DNA of 64,000 nucleotides from Octopus vulgaris (Eukaryota): NCBI GenBank assembly GCA_951406725.2, contig OX597842.1, positions 17,794,001 to 17,858,000 of the forward strand, read 5' to 3'. Shown piece by piece: positions 39,065 to 51,742 of this stretch (position 1 is its first letter; each line of letters starts with the position of its first letter). The notes under the pieces were generated by a model. It saw only the letters and a program-made list of their open reading frames with translations, ran no database searches and was not told where the DNA came from. The position numbers and the translations under genes were made by a program.

Positions 39065-39360
39065 TCTTTAAATATATAAAATTGAAGTTGTGTGAGACTC
39101 TGTCTCCTCTGATTTAGATTCCTAACTACTCCCACATTTTGCGGTGCAGTTTAACCAAAAACGGGTATCTTATAGCCGTGATTCATATCGAGCCCTTCTG
39201 GGTATTAGTGCGCTTCTACGATGAGTCTACGATTAAAAAAAAAATTTTTTGCATTTTTAATGCATTTTTTGCTCGGTTTATATAAGGGAAGTAACTCTCT
39301 AAAAATGCTTATATAGTTATTTCTCTTACAAACCCGAGTAACGCTGGGCGATACTGCTAG
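39065..39360 (+). mobile_element. Non-autonomous Helitron-like element
   Basis: Homologous to 34897-35195, TC...CTAG ends. Confidence 0.7.
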
Positions 39361-39664
39361 TGTTTTATATACAATTTAGGATCTTTTCGGATTGAACGGC
39401 AGTTTTTTTCTTGCGGTGTCATATGAAATTGTCACCCATAATTATGACCCTAGTATCGATCTATATTGCCGAAATCGATTTTGTCTTTTACATATGTGGG
39501 GGATCGTTGAAATAATTACCAGTTGTCACTGTTACTGATGCAATCGACTAACCCCCTTCCCCCGCCCCCAACAAACTATCAGACGTTCTGCCTATGGAAG
39601 AAATGATTATTATTATGGAATTATAATATTATACAACAATGGGATATAAAGTATATCTGTAAAG

Positions 39665-39892
39665 TTAGCGTGGGCTGCGGGGTCACTCCGAAAAGCTCTA
39701 TCTACGACGATTTCATCTCAATCGAAGGAGAGGGGCTTTCTCCGTCCGACGACCGCTCGGTTCAAAGTCTCTCTTGATCAGAAATGGCCTGAACTCTTTG
39801 TATGACCACCTTCCCTGTACATAACTCCCTGTCCCCCTACATGACCTTGCTTTCACTTTTTGAGCCAATAAAAATTGAATTGAATTGAATTG

Positions 39893-39957
<65 letters not shown>

Positions 39958-40200
39958 CTCTATCTACGACGATTTCATCTCAATCGAACGAGAGGGGCTT
40001 TTTCCGTCCGTCCGGGTTGCGGATCCGTAGAATAAGCTGTCAGACGAGATAGTGAAGATGCCGACGACCGCTCGGTTCAAAGTCTCTCTTGACCAGAAAT
40101 GGCCTGAACTCTTTGTATGACCACCCTCCCTGTACATAACTCCCTATCCCCCTACATGGCCTTGCTTTTGCTCTTTGAGCCAATAAAAATTGAATTAAAT
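39665..40200 (+). mobile_element. Two tandem CR1-type 3' ends separated by (TA)n
   Basis: Same family as 3050-3432; (AATTG)n tails at about 39873 and 40188; the first copy is internally deleted. Confidence 0.75.
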
Positions 40201-40288
40201 CATATACACACAGTGAAAATGTTCAAAAGAATTACTTATGGAACAATTAGTTGAAGGTGTTAATTATGAATAAGTAGATTGTTTATAC

Positions 40289-40434
40289 TTCTTATTGAAA
40301 GTAAATTTCAGAATTTTGAAATTCGGAGATGAATTAAAAAGGATTTTCTCATTATGCAGCCACGATGTAGAATTCATCCCTGTTCCATTGAAAGTTAGAA
40401 AATGATTAATTCCTATTGTCAACCGGAATTCCTT
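40289..40434 (-). CDS. Gene B coding exon 3 (KEFRLTIGINHFLTFNGTGMNSTSWLHNEKILFNSSPNFKILKFTFNK)
   Basis: Acceptor tttccag, donor AA|GTATAA, 146 nt, FNGTGxNSTSW motif shared with A. Confidence 0.8.
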
Positions 40435-41176
40435 CTGGAAATAGAACATAAACTCGGATCAGTAACGAATATGAGAGAGTGAGGGAGGACAGAGTTGTAG
40501 GAAGAGAAAGGAGACTAGAATGTGATATAAGGAGAGAGTAGGAGGGCGAGAAGGAGATGGAGAGGACAGTGGGGGAAAGAGTAAGACTTTGAGTGCAAGA
40601 GAAAAAGACAAGAGATAGGAGGAGGAGGAGGAGGAGAGAGAGAAGAAGAAGCGAAATGCAATGTAGCGTTAGAAGGACAAAGCTTAGAGAGAGAGGGAGA
40701 GAAAGATTTGGGGTTTAGGAGGAAAAGATGGGTAACTTATAAGACAGAGAATCGGATTAAGGGCCAAGGAGTTATGATTTCGGAGTCTTTGCAAAAGTTT
40801 CGTTGCATTTGTGGGAAGTAGAAGACCCTGACAAAATCAGAAGAAAAACAAAAACAAAAGATAAAAATAGCAAGAATCAATCCCACACCAATGTCACATT
40901 GATTTCCTGTGGAGAAATGAAGGGAGACATCTGAACCGGAAGTAAAAGAGAAGTGAGATGACGTCAAGAAACGGGGCTTTCAAACAACCCCTTTTTTGAT
41001 CAAGACTCTGGGATGAACGGACGTAGGAAGCGGATGCCAGAAGGATTGTAGGTGTTGGAGGGTAGGTACGCGTGTAGGTATGTCCATCATGTTCTTTTGG
41101 CCCTGGTGGGGGTGTTACTTTATACCCTGTTCTCAAGTTCGTGTCGAGGGAACAGCATTCTTGTTTTTACCGTCCC

Positions 41177-41590
41177 GCAGGAGTGGCTGTGTGGTGATTA
41201 GCTTGCTTACCAACCACTCGGTTCCGGGTTCAGTCCCACCGCGTGGCACCTTGGGCAAGTGTCTTCTGCTATAGCCTCGGTCCGACCAATGCCTAGTGAG
41301 TGGATTTGGTAGACGGAAACTGAAAGAAGCCTGTCGTATATATATATATATATGTGTATTTGGGAGTATATGTTTGTGTGTCTATGTTTGCCCCCCCCCC
41401 TACCATCGCTTGACAACCGATGCTGGTGTGTTTATTTCTCCGTAACTTAGCGGTTCGGCAAAAAGAGACCGATAGAATAAGTACTGGGCTTACAAAGAAT
41501 ACGTCCTGAGGTCGATTTGCTCGACTAAAGGTGGTGCTCCAGCATGGCCGCAGTCAAACGACTGAAGCAAGTAAAAGAGTAAAAGAGAGA
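41177..41590 (+). mobile_element. CORE-like SINE in an intron of gene B
   Basis: Interrupts sequence that is contiguous in A near 24190. Confidence 0.85.
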
Positions 41591-42229
41591 GAGAGAGAGT
41601 ATCTACATATTTGCAAATGTCGACCTAAACTTCATCCTTCCACCTCTTCCTTTCAGACTTTAAGACAAACAGTTTTGCTTCCCGACACAGAACCTTCTCA
41701 TAATCTCTCTCCGTCTTCCTCCAACTCATGTTTACTCAACCCTATACACCTACACTTATAAACACTCACCATTCTTATTTCAGTCCTAACAGATAAAACC
41801 CCATGTTGTTCTACTTCAAAATATTTATTCTTAATCGATCCAACTTCAGCTCTTCAAATTCCTCCTTAAATCGCCTTTTTATTAGTTCCCATGCTCACAA
41901 TCCCTTTCAACTCTTGCGGTCTTCCTACACCAACGTACCGATGACAAGAACGAATCATTCGATATTCTGATTCATTTGTTCAGTCTCCTTTGAAACCTAA
42001 AAGTATTCCTGGTCAAGACACCGATTCAATCTCCAAACACACTTAGTTATGTTGACGTCTATGAAATCCTCTCACTACGATCTGATGACGTTTGTCATGT
42101 TATTTTATCGTCCCTAGAATGATGTAAATCAAAGGTAACCTCGACGGAACTTGAACTCAGAAAGTGAAGATCTGTAACTAAAAGCCACTAAACATTGTAC
42201 CCTCTAGTCATTGTGACGGTCATAGCCAT

Positions 42230-42543
42230 GTATTGAGAGGGATTATTTGGGGATTGAATAATTCACCTCTGGAAACATGGATTCGTTCAACATCTTTAAA
42301 CAACCCTTATTCAGGGACCGTTTGAGCGGGATTGGTTACTCGACCAGAAGAAAATCCTGACTGGGCCCCACCTGCAAGGTGATGTGCTGTTTTATCTTGA
42401 TATGAGATCACCATGTCGCGCACATATGGTTGTGATGCATGTGCCTGATGTACCCTTATCAGACGGGTAGTCATGATGGGTATACTGGGCTTTATATATT
42501 TTACCCCAGGGCCACTTTGATGGCATGCACTGCTCACTCACTC

Positions 42544-42615
<72 letters not shown>

Positions 42616-42616
42616 T
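42230..42616 (+). mobile_element. Probable non-LTR retroelement 3' UTR with (TAA)n tail
   Basis: GC-richer block absent from the paralogous intron of A, ending in a long (AAT)n run. Confidence 0.45.
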
Positions 42617-42817
42617 AGGAGAAGAAGAAGAAGAAGAAGACGAACTATCAACATAGGTGTAGGAGTGGCCCAAGTCTACAGTAGAAGACACTTGCCCAAG
42701 GTGCAACACAGTGGGTCTGAACCCGGAACCATGTGGTTCGTAAGCAAGCTACTTACCACACAGCCACTCCTACGTTTATTAAATGCAGAAAATTTTGAAA
42801 TTTCAAAAATTCATTAC

Positions 42818-42909
42818 CTTTTCCATAGGAAATTTGTCACAGTATAAATAAATAAGACTTCTTGTAAATGAGTTTTCGGTCATTTTAAACATTCTCTGCC
42901 AGCTTGTAC
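42818..42909 (-). CDS. Gene B coding exon 2 (GTSWQRMFKMTENSFTRSLIYLYCDKFPMEK)
   Basis: Acceptor gattcag, donor AAG|GTAATG, 92 nt, open frame. Confidence 0.8.
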
Positions 42910-43531
42910 CTGAATCAGCAATAAATAGAGATCAACAATTTACATGTAAATGTATAGACAAGATGTTAACCCTGAAATGGAAGGAACGAGTTACATAAAT
43001 ATGTTGGACAAACTGGTAAAAAACGAAAAAATGTCTCTTTTGTTTCTCAGGGTCATATTTACACTTACTTGCACTTTCACTTCCATTTTGTACAAATACT
43101 AAAATAACTGTCAGTCTCTCGCAGAATAAATTTTAAAAACTCATCATTGAAAAGAGCCGTAAAGTATTCACTTTCCGGATCTTTTCGGTTTGAACGGCGG
43201 TTTTTTCTAGCGGTGTCATATGAAATTGTCACCCATAATTATGACCCTAGTATCGATCTATTGCATTTCTATCTGTTTTAGGGTCAGGGTTAGTTAGGGT
43301 TAGGGGTAGGGGAAGGGTATCTTTTTTCTTCACAAATGTAAATAAACCCAATCTGTTTCTTAAACGAGGGACATATTCATACGGCACAGAATGTTTTTTT
43401 TTACCTCAATGGACGTCATTGATTGATTGAAATAGCAGAAATTGAAGAAAAACAACAACAAATATGTTACAAACTATAGAATTTTCTCAATAAAGCCAAG
43501 AGAAAAAGATGTTTTATAAACACATTCTACC

Positions 43532-43914
43532 AGAGAGGACAAACAAGGACAGACAAACAGATTAAGTCGATTATATCGACCCCAGTGCGTAACTGGTACT
43601 TAGTTTATCAACCCCGAAAGGATGAAAGGTAAAGTCGACCTCGGCGGAATTTCAACTCAGAATGTAACGGCAGACGAAATACCTATTTCTTTATTACCCA
43701 CAAGGGGCTAAACACAGAGGGGACAAACAAGGACAGACAAACGGATTAAGTCGATTATATCGACCCCAGTGCGTAACTGGTACTTATTTAATCGACCCCG
43801 AAAGGATGAAAGGCAATGTCGACCTCAGCGGAATTTGAACTCAGAACGTAACGGCAGACGAAATACGGCTACGCATTTCGCCCGGCGTGCTAACGATTCT
43901 GCCAGCTCGCCGCC
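43532..43914 (-). mobile_element. Meta-like SINE dimer
   Basis: Same junction; truncates the adjacent TIR element. Confidence 0.85.
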
Positions 43915-43976
43915 CTCTTATTGATTAAAATATATCAAAATCAGAACATTATGCAAGAAACTGCTGATTTACATAC

Positions 43977-44304
43977 CGTTTTCTGGGAACGAAATATACA
44001 ATGAACAGTTGCAATCATAATCTTCGATTTCTTTGTCGTACCACAATCCATGTATATGACATGTACCTTTACAATAGCTAAAATACTGGCATTCGTCTTG
44101 TGACATGCACCAACTCGAACATTCTGTAGCAGACACCGTTTTTGCAGTTGTTATTCTCTGGTCACTTATGCATTTTGAAGAAGAGATTTTTCTGAATAAA
44201 CCATTTCTGTTCGCTGACTCTCCAGGCGTCGGAGTCACGAAAACTACAAGCGTCAAAGCTGGCAGCAACAGGAGAATCATATGACATTGAATTGATGTTT
44301 CCAT
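43977..44304 (-). CDS. Gene B coding exon 1: signal peptide plus PAN/apple-like domain (METSIQCHMILLLLPALTLVVFV...SATECSSWCMSQDECQYFSYCKGTCHIH...)
   Basis: Acceptor ttttcag then GA-ATG as in gene A, 328 nt, 8 mature-region Cys shared with A, donor G|GTATGT; 57/109 aa identical to A by hand count. Confidence 0.85.
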
Positions 44305-44694
44305 TCCTGAAAAATATCCAAGCGTACAAGTATACAGCATACATACATGTGTGTCTATTTATCTCTCTCTGTCTCTTTCTTTTTTTGTCTGGCTAAACAC
44401 AGAAGGGACAAACGGACAAAGGGATTAAGTCGATTATATCGGCCTCACTGCGTAACTGCTACTTAATTTATCGACACCGAAAGGATGAAAGGCAAAGTCG
44501 ATCTCGGCGGTATTTGAACTCAGAACGTAACGGCAGACGAAATACGGCTACGTATTTCGCCCGATGTGCTATAACGCTTCTGCCAGCTCGCCGCCTTGTG
44601 TAATATTAGCCATGAGAAGGAGACAGGTTGTCAACAGCGAAGGCATCCATTTAACAGATGGCCAGGCATAAAAATCATAGAAAGGAAGAGAGAG

Positions 44695-45140
44695 TTATAA
44701 GTTTCTAGACGTATTAGAATCTGCCAGAGTAGTATCTACAGAAATGAAAACGAAAATTGAGAAGGAGTACATCAGAAGGGTGAGGAAGTTAATAATGTCA
44801 AAATAAATGGTTCGAATCTAGCGAAGGCCGTAAATACTCGGGTCGTATCATTACTTAGATACTCAGCAGCTTTTGTAGATTGGGGATAACTGAATTAGCA
44901 AAGCTTGACAGAAGAACTAGGAAGGAATTCAATATGAATGGAGGACTCGACCCAAGGGCAAGAATAGCAAGATTATACATACCTAGAAAGGACGGAAGAG
45001 GGTTAATATAAGCAGAAGGCTGCGTGGAGTTTGCTCGAGTAGATATAGACTCCTTTATAGGAAATAGTGAAGAAAGTTTATTAAGAACTGCTAGAGTCGT
45101 AGCATATCAGAGAATTATGAAGGCACTTGTACTGGAAAGG
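44695..45140 (+). mobile_element. R4/Dong-like non-LTR retrotransposon RT-thumb remnant
   Basis: YKFLDVLES...EYIRRVRKL...AVNTRVVSLLRYSAAFVDW...LDRRTRK...RLYIPRKDGRGL with frameshifts. Confidence 0.75.
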
Positions 45141-45247
45141 CATATCTGAGGGAATAAGTGGAATTCTAGGGATTAATACAGGCTCACCGCTTGCTTTACC
45201 AGTCAAAATTATTACCTCCAAGATTATAATACTACCTGCTATATTAT

Positions 45248-45518
45248 ACATTAGATAATGTAGTCCTAGATACACTATGCCTGAATGAAAGATGGGATGG
45301 TCACAGCTGAAACGTCCTTGATAATGGATCTGTCTGGATCAGGACTGACCTTGGGCTAAACAACAACAACTATAGCCACCAATATTAACTACTGCACATT
45401 AGATAATGTAGTCCTAGATGCACTATGCCTGAATGAAAGATGGGATGGTCACAGCTGGAACGTCCTTGATAATGGGTCTGTCTGGATCAGGACTGACCTT
45501 GGGCTAAACAACAACAAC
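45248..45518 (+). repeat. Tandem duplication of a ~120-bp retroposon-like tail ending (AAC)n
   Basis: acattagataatgtagtcctagat...gggctaaacaacaacaac occurs twice. Confidence 0.8.
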
Positions 45519-45519
45519 T

Positions 45520-46105
45520 TTCATTCTTAATATCATTAATTCACTTACCTTTAAGGTTTATGATTGTTACAGTGTTTGTTGAGGAAGCTTCACTTTTAGT
45601 TAAAAATCGACCAACCGGACATATCTCACTGGAAACAATATCTTCTTTCCTTTTAATATTTCTTTTTTTCCAGTTTCGATAAACAGGATTTCTTTTATTC
45701 CTTTCTATTCTCTTCGTTCCGACAATTTAAGAATAAACTTAAGATATTTCACAGTTCAAGCTTCAAGAAGATGATATTTCCTTAAAACAATATCTTCAGA
45801 TGTTTTACTCTCTTATTAAGATAGATGTACACCTTGAACCTTCGTTCCCTCTGACTCTAGAATTTGCCCGCAGGTAATTTCGCTTTTCTCAAATACGTTC
45901 GCAAACTTGGAGTCTTATATTGTTGTTGCTTTCTTTCCAAAATACTTTGCTTTCACGATTATTTATAAATTATCAGTTTTACTCTCAGCTTCGTTACTTT
46001 TCCAATCAATGACCGCTTCTATTCACCCGTCTCCGCAACAATACCTCTCGAAACAAGCTGCCTGTATTTATAAGCTTAGCAATATATCGATAACTTTCGA
46101 TTAAT
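45520..46105. repeat. Older diverged copy of the 50430-51050 / 16960-17570 segment
   Basis: ttcattcttaatatcattaattcacttacctttaagg... aligns colinearly with 50431 onward, with many substitutions and indels. Confidence 0.8.
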
Positions 46106-46398
46106 TTGGTTTGCCTTTTACCCTGGATATATCATGTTTAATGTTGTTGGATGAAGTGCGGTCAACCATAACAAGTAGAGTTAAGACCTTGAATTAATAA
46201 AGTCTTCTTTTATGTTTGTATATCGATGTCAAACGGATATTCAGAATGTCTTTTGAGAAAAGTATGGATATAAACTAACAAACTTCATTGTTAGTATTAA
46301 ATTGACCTTCGATCGATAAATTGACCTTCGATCGGTAAAGCTGCTAATAAAATATTAAAGTTGATTCACATTGACGTATCCTACAAACTTTAAACATA

Positions 46399-46561
46399 TA
46401 GGCGCAGGAGTGGCTGTGTGGTAAGTAGCTTGTTTACCAACCACATGGTTCCGTGTTCAGTCCCACTGCGTGACACCTTGGGTAAGTGTCTTCTACTATA
46501 GCCTCGGACCGACAATGCCTTGTGAGTGGATTTGGTAGACGGAAACTGAAAGAAGCCCGTC

Positions 46562-46644
<83 letters not shown>

Positions 46645-46983
46645 CGCAGGAGTGGCTGTGTGGTAAGTAGCTTGTTTACCAACCACATGGTTCCGGGTTC
46701 AATCCCACTGCGTGACACCTTGGGCGAGTGTCTTCTGCTATAGCCTCGGACCTACAAAAGCCTTGTGAGTGGATTTGGTAGATGGAAACTGAAAGAAGCC
46801 CGTCGTATATATATATATATAGGCGCAGGAGTGGCTGTGTGGTAAGTAGCGTGTTTACCAACCACATGGTTCCGTGTTCAGTCCCACTGCGTGACACCTT
46901 GGGTAAGTGTCTTTTACTATAGCCTCGGACCGACAAAAGCCTTGTGAGTGGATTTGGTAGACGGAAACTGAAAGAAGCCCGTC

Positions 46984-47020
<37 letters not shown>

Positions 47021-47230
47021 TGTGTGTGTTTGGGTGTCTTTGTCCCCCTAGCATTGCCTGACAACCGATGCTGGTGTGTTTATGTCCCCGTTACTTAGCG
47101 GTTCGGCAAAAGAGAACCGATAGAATAAGTACTGGGCTTAGAAAAAGAATAAGTCCCGGGTTCGAGTTGCCCGATTAAAGGCGGTGCTCCAGCATGGCCG
47201 CAGTCAAATGACTGAAACAAGTAAAAGAGT
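46399..47230 (+). mobile_element. CORE-like SINE with three tandem heads and one tail
   Basis: aggcgcaggagtggctgtg at 46400, 46642 and 46821, each followed by (TA)n. Confidence 0.9.
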
Positions 47231-47913
47231 ATATCACTCGTAATAAAATAATAAACGGTGAAGCGTCTCGTCTGATAAATATTTAGAGGAAATTATATTT
47301 TGAGCAACTGTTCGGAGATTAGGCTCCCTCCTTTGTATCTCTTATGATAAAAGGCAGATTTTCTCAGCCTGTGACTATGTTTCTTTTTAATACATTTGTA
47401 CAATATAGAATTCCTTCAATTGGAATTTACCTATGAATTTTCGAAGTAGATTCGATTGGGTCATGGCATATACATTTTTTTTCAATTTCACCCCCAATTA
47501 AGCAAAAATTCGAGAAAACTCAATATTTTACGATTTGCCTCTCTCATTTCAAATGCTTTACTCTTGCCATTACCACACTTTCTCCTACTTTCTCTTTGCA
47601 AGTGTATACCACTATCATATCCTCTTTCTGCAACTCTTATTCAACATCAGAGATCTGTCGCTAACTTTTGGTAGTATTCATTGGCGAGCGTACTTCAGTT
47701 GTCAATTGTTGAAAGAAAGAAATTGTAAGCTAAGAAGGTGTGTGTGTGTGTATGCACGCGTGCGTGCGCGCGCGATCGGGTGTGTTTGTGTGTAGGAAGT
47801 GAAGGATAAAAGTATGGCAAGAAGTGGACAGATGTACATATATACATACATCCATACATACATACATACATGTGTGTGTGTGTGTATGTATGTGTATTAA
47901 TGTGTGTGTGTTA

Positions 47914-48305
47914 TCTCTCTCTATATAAAGCTGATGTTGTCTGTGTGTGGCAGGTTTGGTAGCCTTAAACTAACACTATCTCCTCCGAGACCCTACGGCG
48001 CAAGTTGACCAGAATTGAGAGTATGATAGAAGAAGGCTTGCTCTCCCTTCTGTAGAGGATAAAATTCAAATCAGACCATGTTAACACCAAAAAATATTCA
48101 CATCAAAAAGGTGCTTTTTTTCTATGAAAATTCCTATTTTTTACGACTTTTTCACTGATGTGTCGCCACTTTTCGGTGTATTTCAACCAGAAAAATGTTC
48201 ACTTGAAGAGAATATCAAGCTACATAATGCAAAAGTATTACTTTTCAAATGTTCCAATTCTAAAGGATCGAAAAAAACCTGAGCAACGCCGGGCGATACT
48301 GCTAG
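47914..48305 (+). mobile_element. Helitron-like element
   Basis: TC start, 3' cctgagcaacgccgggcgatactgCTAG-T. Confidence 0.65.
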
Positions 48306-48342
48306 TGTAATATAATAATGTAAACCGTACATTATTTTATTA

Positions 48343-48554
48343 CTCTTTTACGCTTTTATTATTTTATTGTTTCCTTAATTTGCCTGCGGCCATGCTGGAG
48401 CACAACCTTTAGTCGAGCAAATCGACCTTAGGACATATTCTTTGTAAGCCTAGTACTTATTCTATCGGTTTCTTTTGCCGAACCGCTAAGTTACGGGGAC
48501 GTACAAAAACCAGCAAATGTTGTGAAGCGATGTTGGGGGACAAACACACACACA

Positions 48555-48637
<83 letters not shown>

Positions 48638-48787
48638 GACGGGCTTCTTTCAGTTTTCGTCTACCAAACCCACTCACGAGGCATTGGTCGGCCCTAGGCT
48701 ATAGTAGAAGATACTTGCCCAAGGTGCCATGCAGTGAGACTGAACCCGGAACCATGTCGTTGGTAAGCAAGCTACTCACCACACAGC
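48343..48787 (-). mobile_element. CORE-like SINE (paralog of the truncated copy at 19443-19762)
   Basis: Shared diagnostic ggtgagtagc and agaaaactgaaag variants. Confidence 0.8.
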
Positions 48788-48818
<31 letters not shown>

Positions 48819-48936
48819 TTATACATATATATATATATAAATATATATATATACATGTATATATATATAAACGTACAGAGGGAAACAGACAGATAGACAG
48901 ACAGACGGATAGATATATAGATAGATAGATAGATAT

Positions 48937-48984
<48 letters not shown>

Positions 48985-49066
48985 GTAGGTAGGTAGGTAG
49001 GTAGGTAGGTAGGTAGGTAGATGGATAGATAGATAGATTGATAGACAGACAGACAGACAGACAGAC

Positions 49067-49138
<72 letters not shown>

Positions 49139-49139
49139 G

Positions 49140-49174
<35 letters not shown>

Positions 49175-51185
49175 GTGCGCGTGTGTCTGGGACGGGATTC
49201 TTTCAGTTTTCCTCAATCATACATACATTTGCAAGGGTTTTGTCGTCTCAGATTTAAACTAAATTGCCCCTGCCGCTGGTGCCACGCAGTGGGACAGAAC
49301 CCGGAACTATGTGGTTGGAAAGCAAACCTCTTACTCTACAGGAACACCTGCACCTAAAATCAGTGCCATTCCTGTGACGGGATTGGAACCCTTGGCACCT
49401 GGTTGACAGCCAGGAATCCTAACTTCTATATCCTTAAATATTACTCATTATCTAAAACATAACTATTTTTACTCTGGTAGAAAATCGTGATTTTTCTTAA
49501 GCAAAGATATAAGATTGATTCGATGTTACTTAAGCTTCGTTTTCTCATTTCGTTAAAAACGAAAGTGAAAGTCGAATAGAGATTAGATAGTTACATTTTA
49601 ATTCGAGAGACGTTCATTGATTCTCTCATTCACAGCTCTTTGTCTATAAATGATTTCTTTTAAGGACGTAAGCAACATACGAGACACACAGACGAACTAC
49701 AATATCCGCCACGGTGGGATTCTAAAGAGAATGTAAAGGGACGTGACTGAATACTAAAGATATTTTATCAGTCGATTCATGATTTCTACAAATCCATCCA
49801 TGCCCTTTCCGTTCTCTGTGGAAACGAGAAATGATAACTGTAAACCGAATGTAACGAAAGCACAAGTCAGCTACAGTATTCTAGATTATAGAATTATAAA
49901 ATTAATTTCAGTAATTATCTCTCTTTACGGATTCATATTATATGCTTCTTGCATGAATAAAATACTTACTCTATCCAGTCTAGTCAGAAAACCAGACCTG
50001 ATAGAGAAAAACTGGAGTAAGTTTTGAATTTAGCAGGCAAAATCACTTGGAATTCATTGAAATATTCCAGGTACTAGACAAGAAAAAATTTGCCCAGTGT
50101 TATTTATTTTAATATTCAACAACTCGCTAATCACTATGCTAAGACTTGTTACCCTATTTTATTCATATCTATTTCTTTATTTTCAATCTGTCTATCTACA
50201 TTAAATCCTAAATCACAGCAAAATTCGAAATCAGAACGTTAAGTTTCAAGACAGAGTAGAAAGGATAGTTGATCAGTCGATCCATGATTTCTACAAATCC
50301 ATCTCCGTCCTTTCCATTCTCATCGGAAGTGGGAAATGAAAATGGTAAACCGAGTGTAATAAAAGCACAAGTCAGCTACAGTATTTTATATTATAGAATT
50401 ATAAAAACAATTTCAGTAATTATCTCTCTTTTCATTCTTAATATTATTAATTCACTTACCTTTAAGGTTCATGACTGTTACAGAGTTTGTTAAGTAAACT
50501 TCACTTTTAGTTGCAAAACCGACCAACAAGACGTGTCTCACTGCAAACAATAAGCTTCTGCCTTTTAATGTTCCCTTTTCCTAGTCTCGATAAACAAGCT
50601 TTCTTTTATTTATTCCTATTCTCTTCGTTCTGATAATTTAAGAATAAATTCAGGATATTTCACAGTTGATTTCCTTTTGCATTGGCTTCGAAAAGACAAT
50701 GTCTTTAAAACAATCTCTCCCGAGTTCTTCCACTCTTATAAAAATCGATGGCCAACTTGAACTTTCTTTCCCTCTTACTCCAGAAGTCGTCGCCAGCAAA
50801 TTTCACTTTTCGTTAAATAGGTTCTTAAATTCCCGGTCTTATATTCGTTTGTCTTTCTCTCCAGAATGCTTTGCTCTTCAGAAGGCAAGTAAATTATCAG
50901 TTTTATCCGTAGCTTTGTTAGGTTATCAACAGCAACTGTTTCTATCCATCGATCTTAGCAAATAAACGCTTGAAAAAAAGTCGAATGCGTTTGGATGCAT
51001 GGTGAGCGAAACGATTTTATTTTAACTTGGCAATATATCGATAGCTTTAAATTTTTAATTATGAACTAGATATATTATACTTAATGCCCTCGAAAAAACT
51101 GTGATCAATGAGTACAGGTAGGGAATCCATATCTTATTGAAATGAAGCCTTGCTTTGGATTGTATTTTAATTCAATGTAAAGTTT
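48470..51185. repeat. Right arm of the recent inverted segmental duplication
   Basis: Reverse complement of 16820-19762. Confidence 0.9.
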
Positions 51186-51259
51186 GCCTAGATATCAAAC
51201 TTGAGAAATTAAAAAAATCTGTAAAACTTTCCAGAAGTTTAACATTTAAATATATATAT

Positions 51260-51322
51260 AAACATGTCTACATATATATACATAAATACATACATACATA
51301 CATACATACATACATACATACA

Positions 51323-51356
<34 letters not shown>

Positions 51357-51711
51357 CATACATATACATACATACATGAATATAGATATATACATATACA
51401 TATAAAATTATACATACATATATATACATACGTACATACATACATATCTACATATATACATATATGCACACACACATACATATATACATGCATACCTACC
51501 TACATACATACATATATACATACATACATACATACACATATATATATATACATACATACATATATACATATATACATACATACATACATACACACATACA
51601 TACATACATGCATATGCATACCTTCATACATACATACATATATACATACATACATACATACATACATATACATATATACGTATGTATACATACATACATA
51701 CATATATATAC

Positions 51712-51742
<31 letters not shown>

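Noticed and set aside
43278-43310. TTAGGG tracts as possible telomere remnants
   Set aside because: Short, imperfect and internal to a dispersed TIR element.
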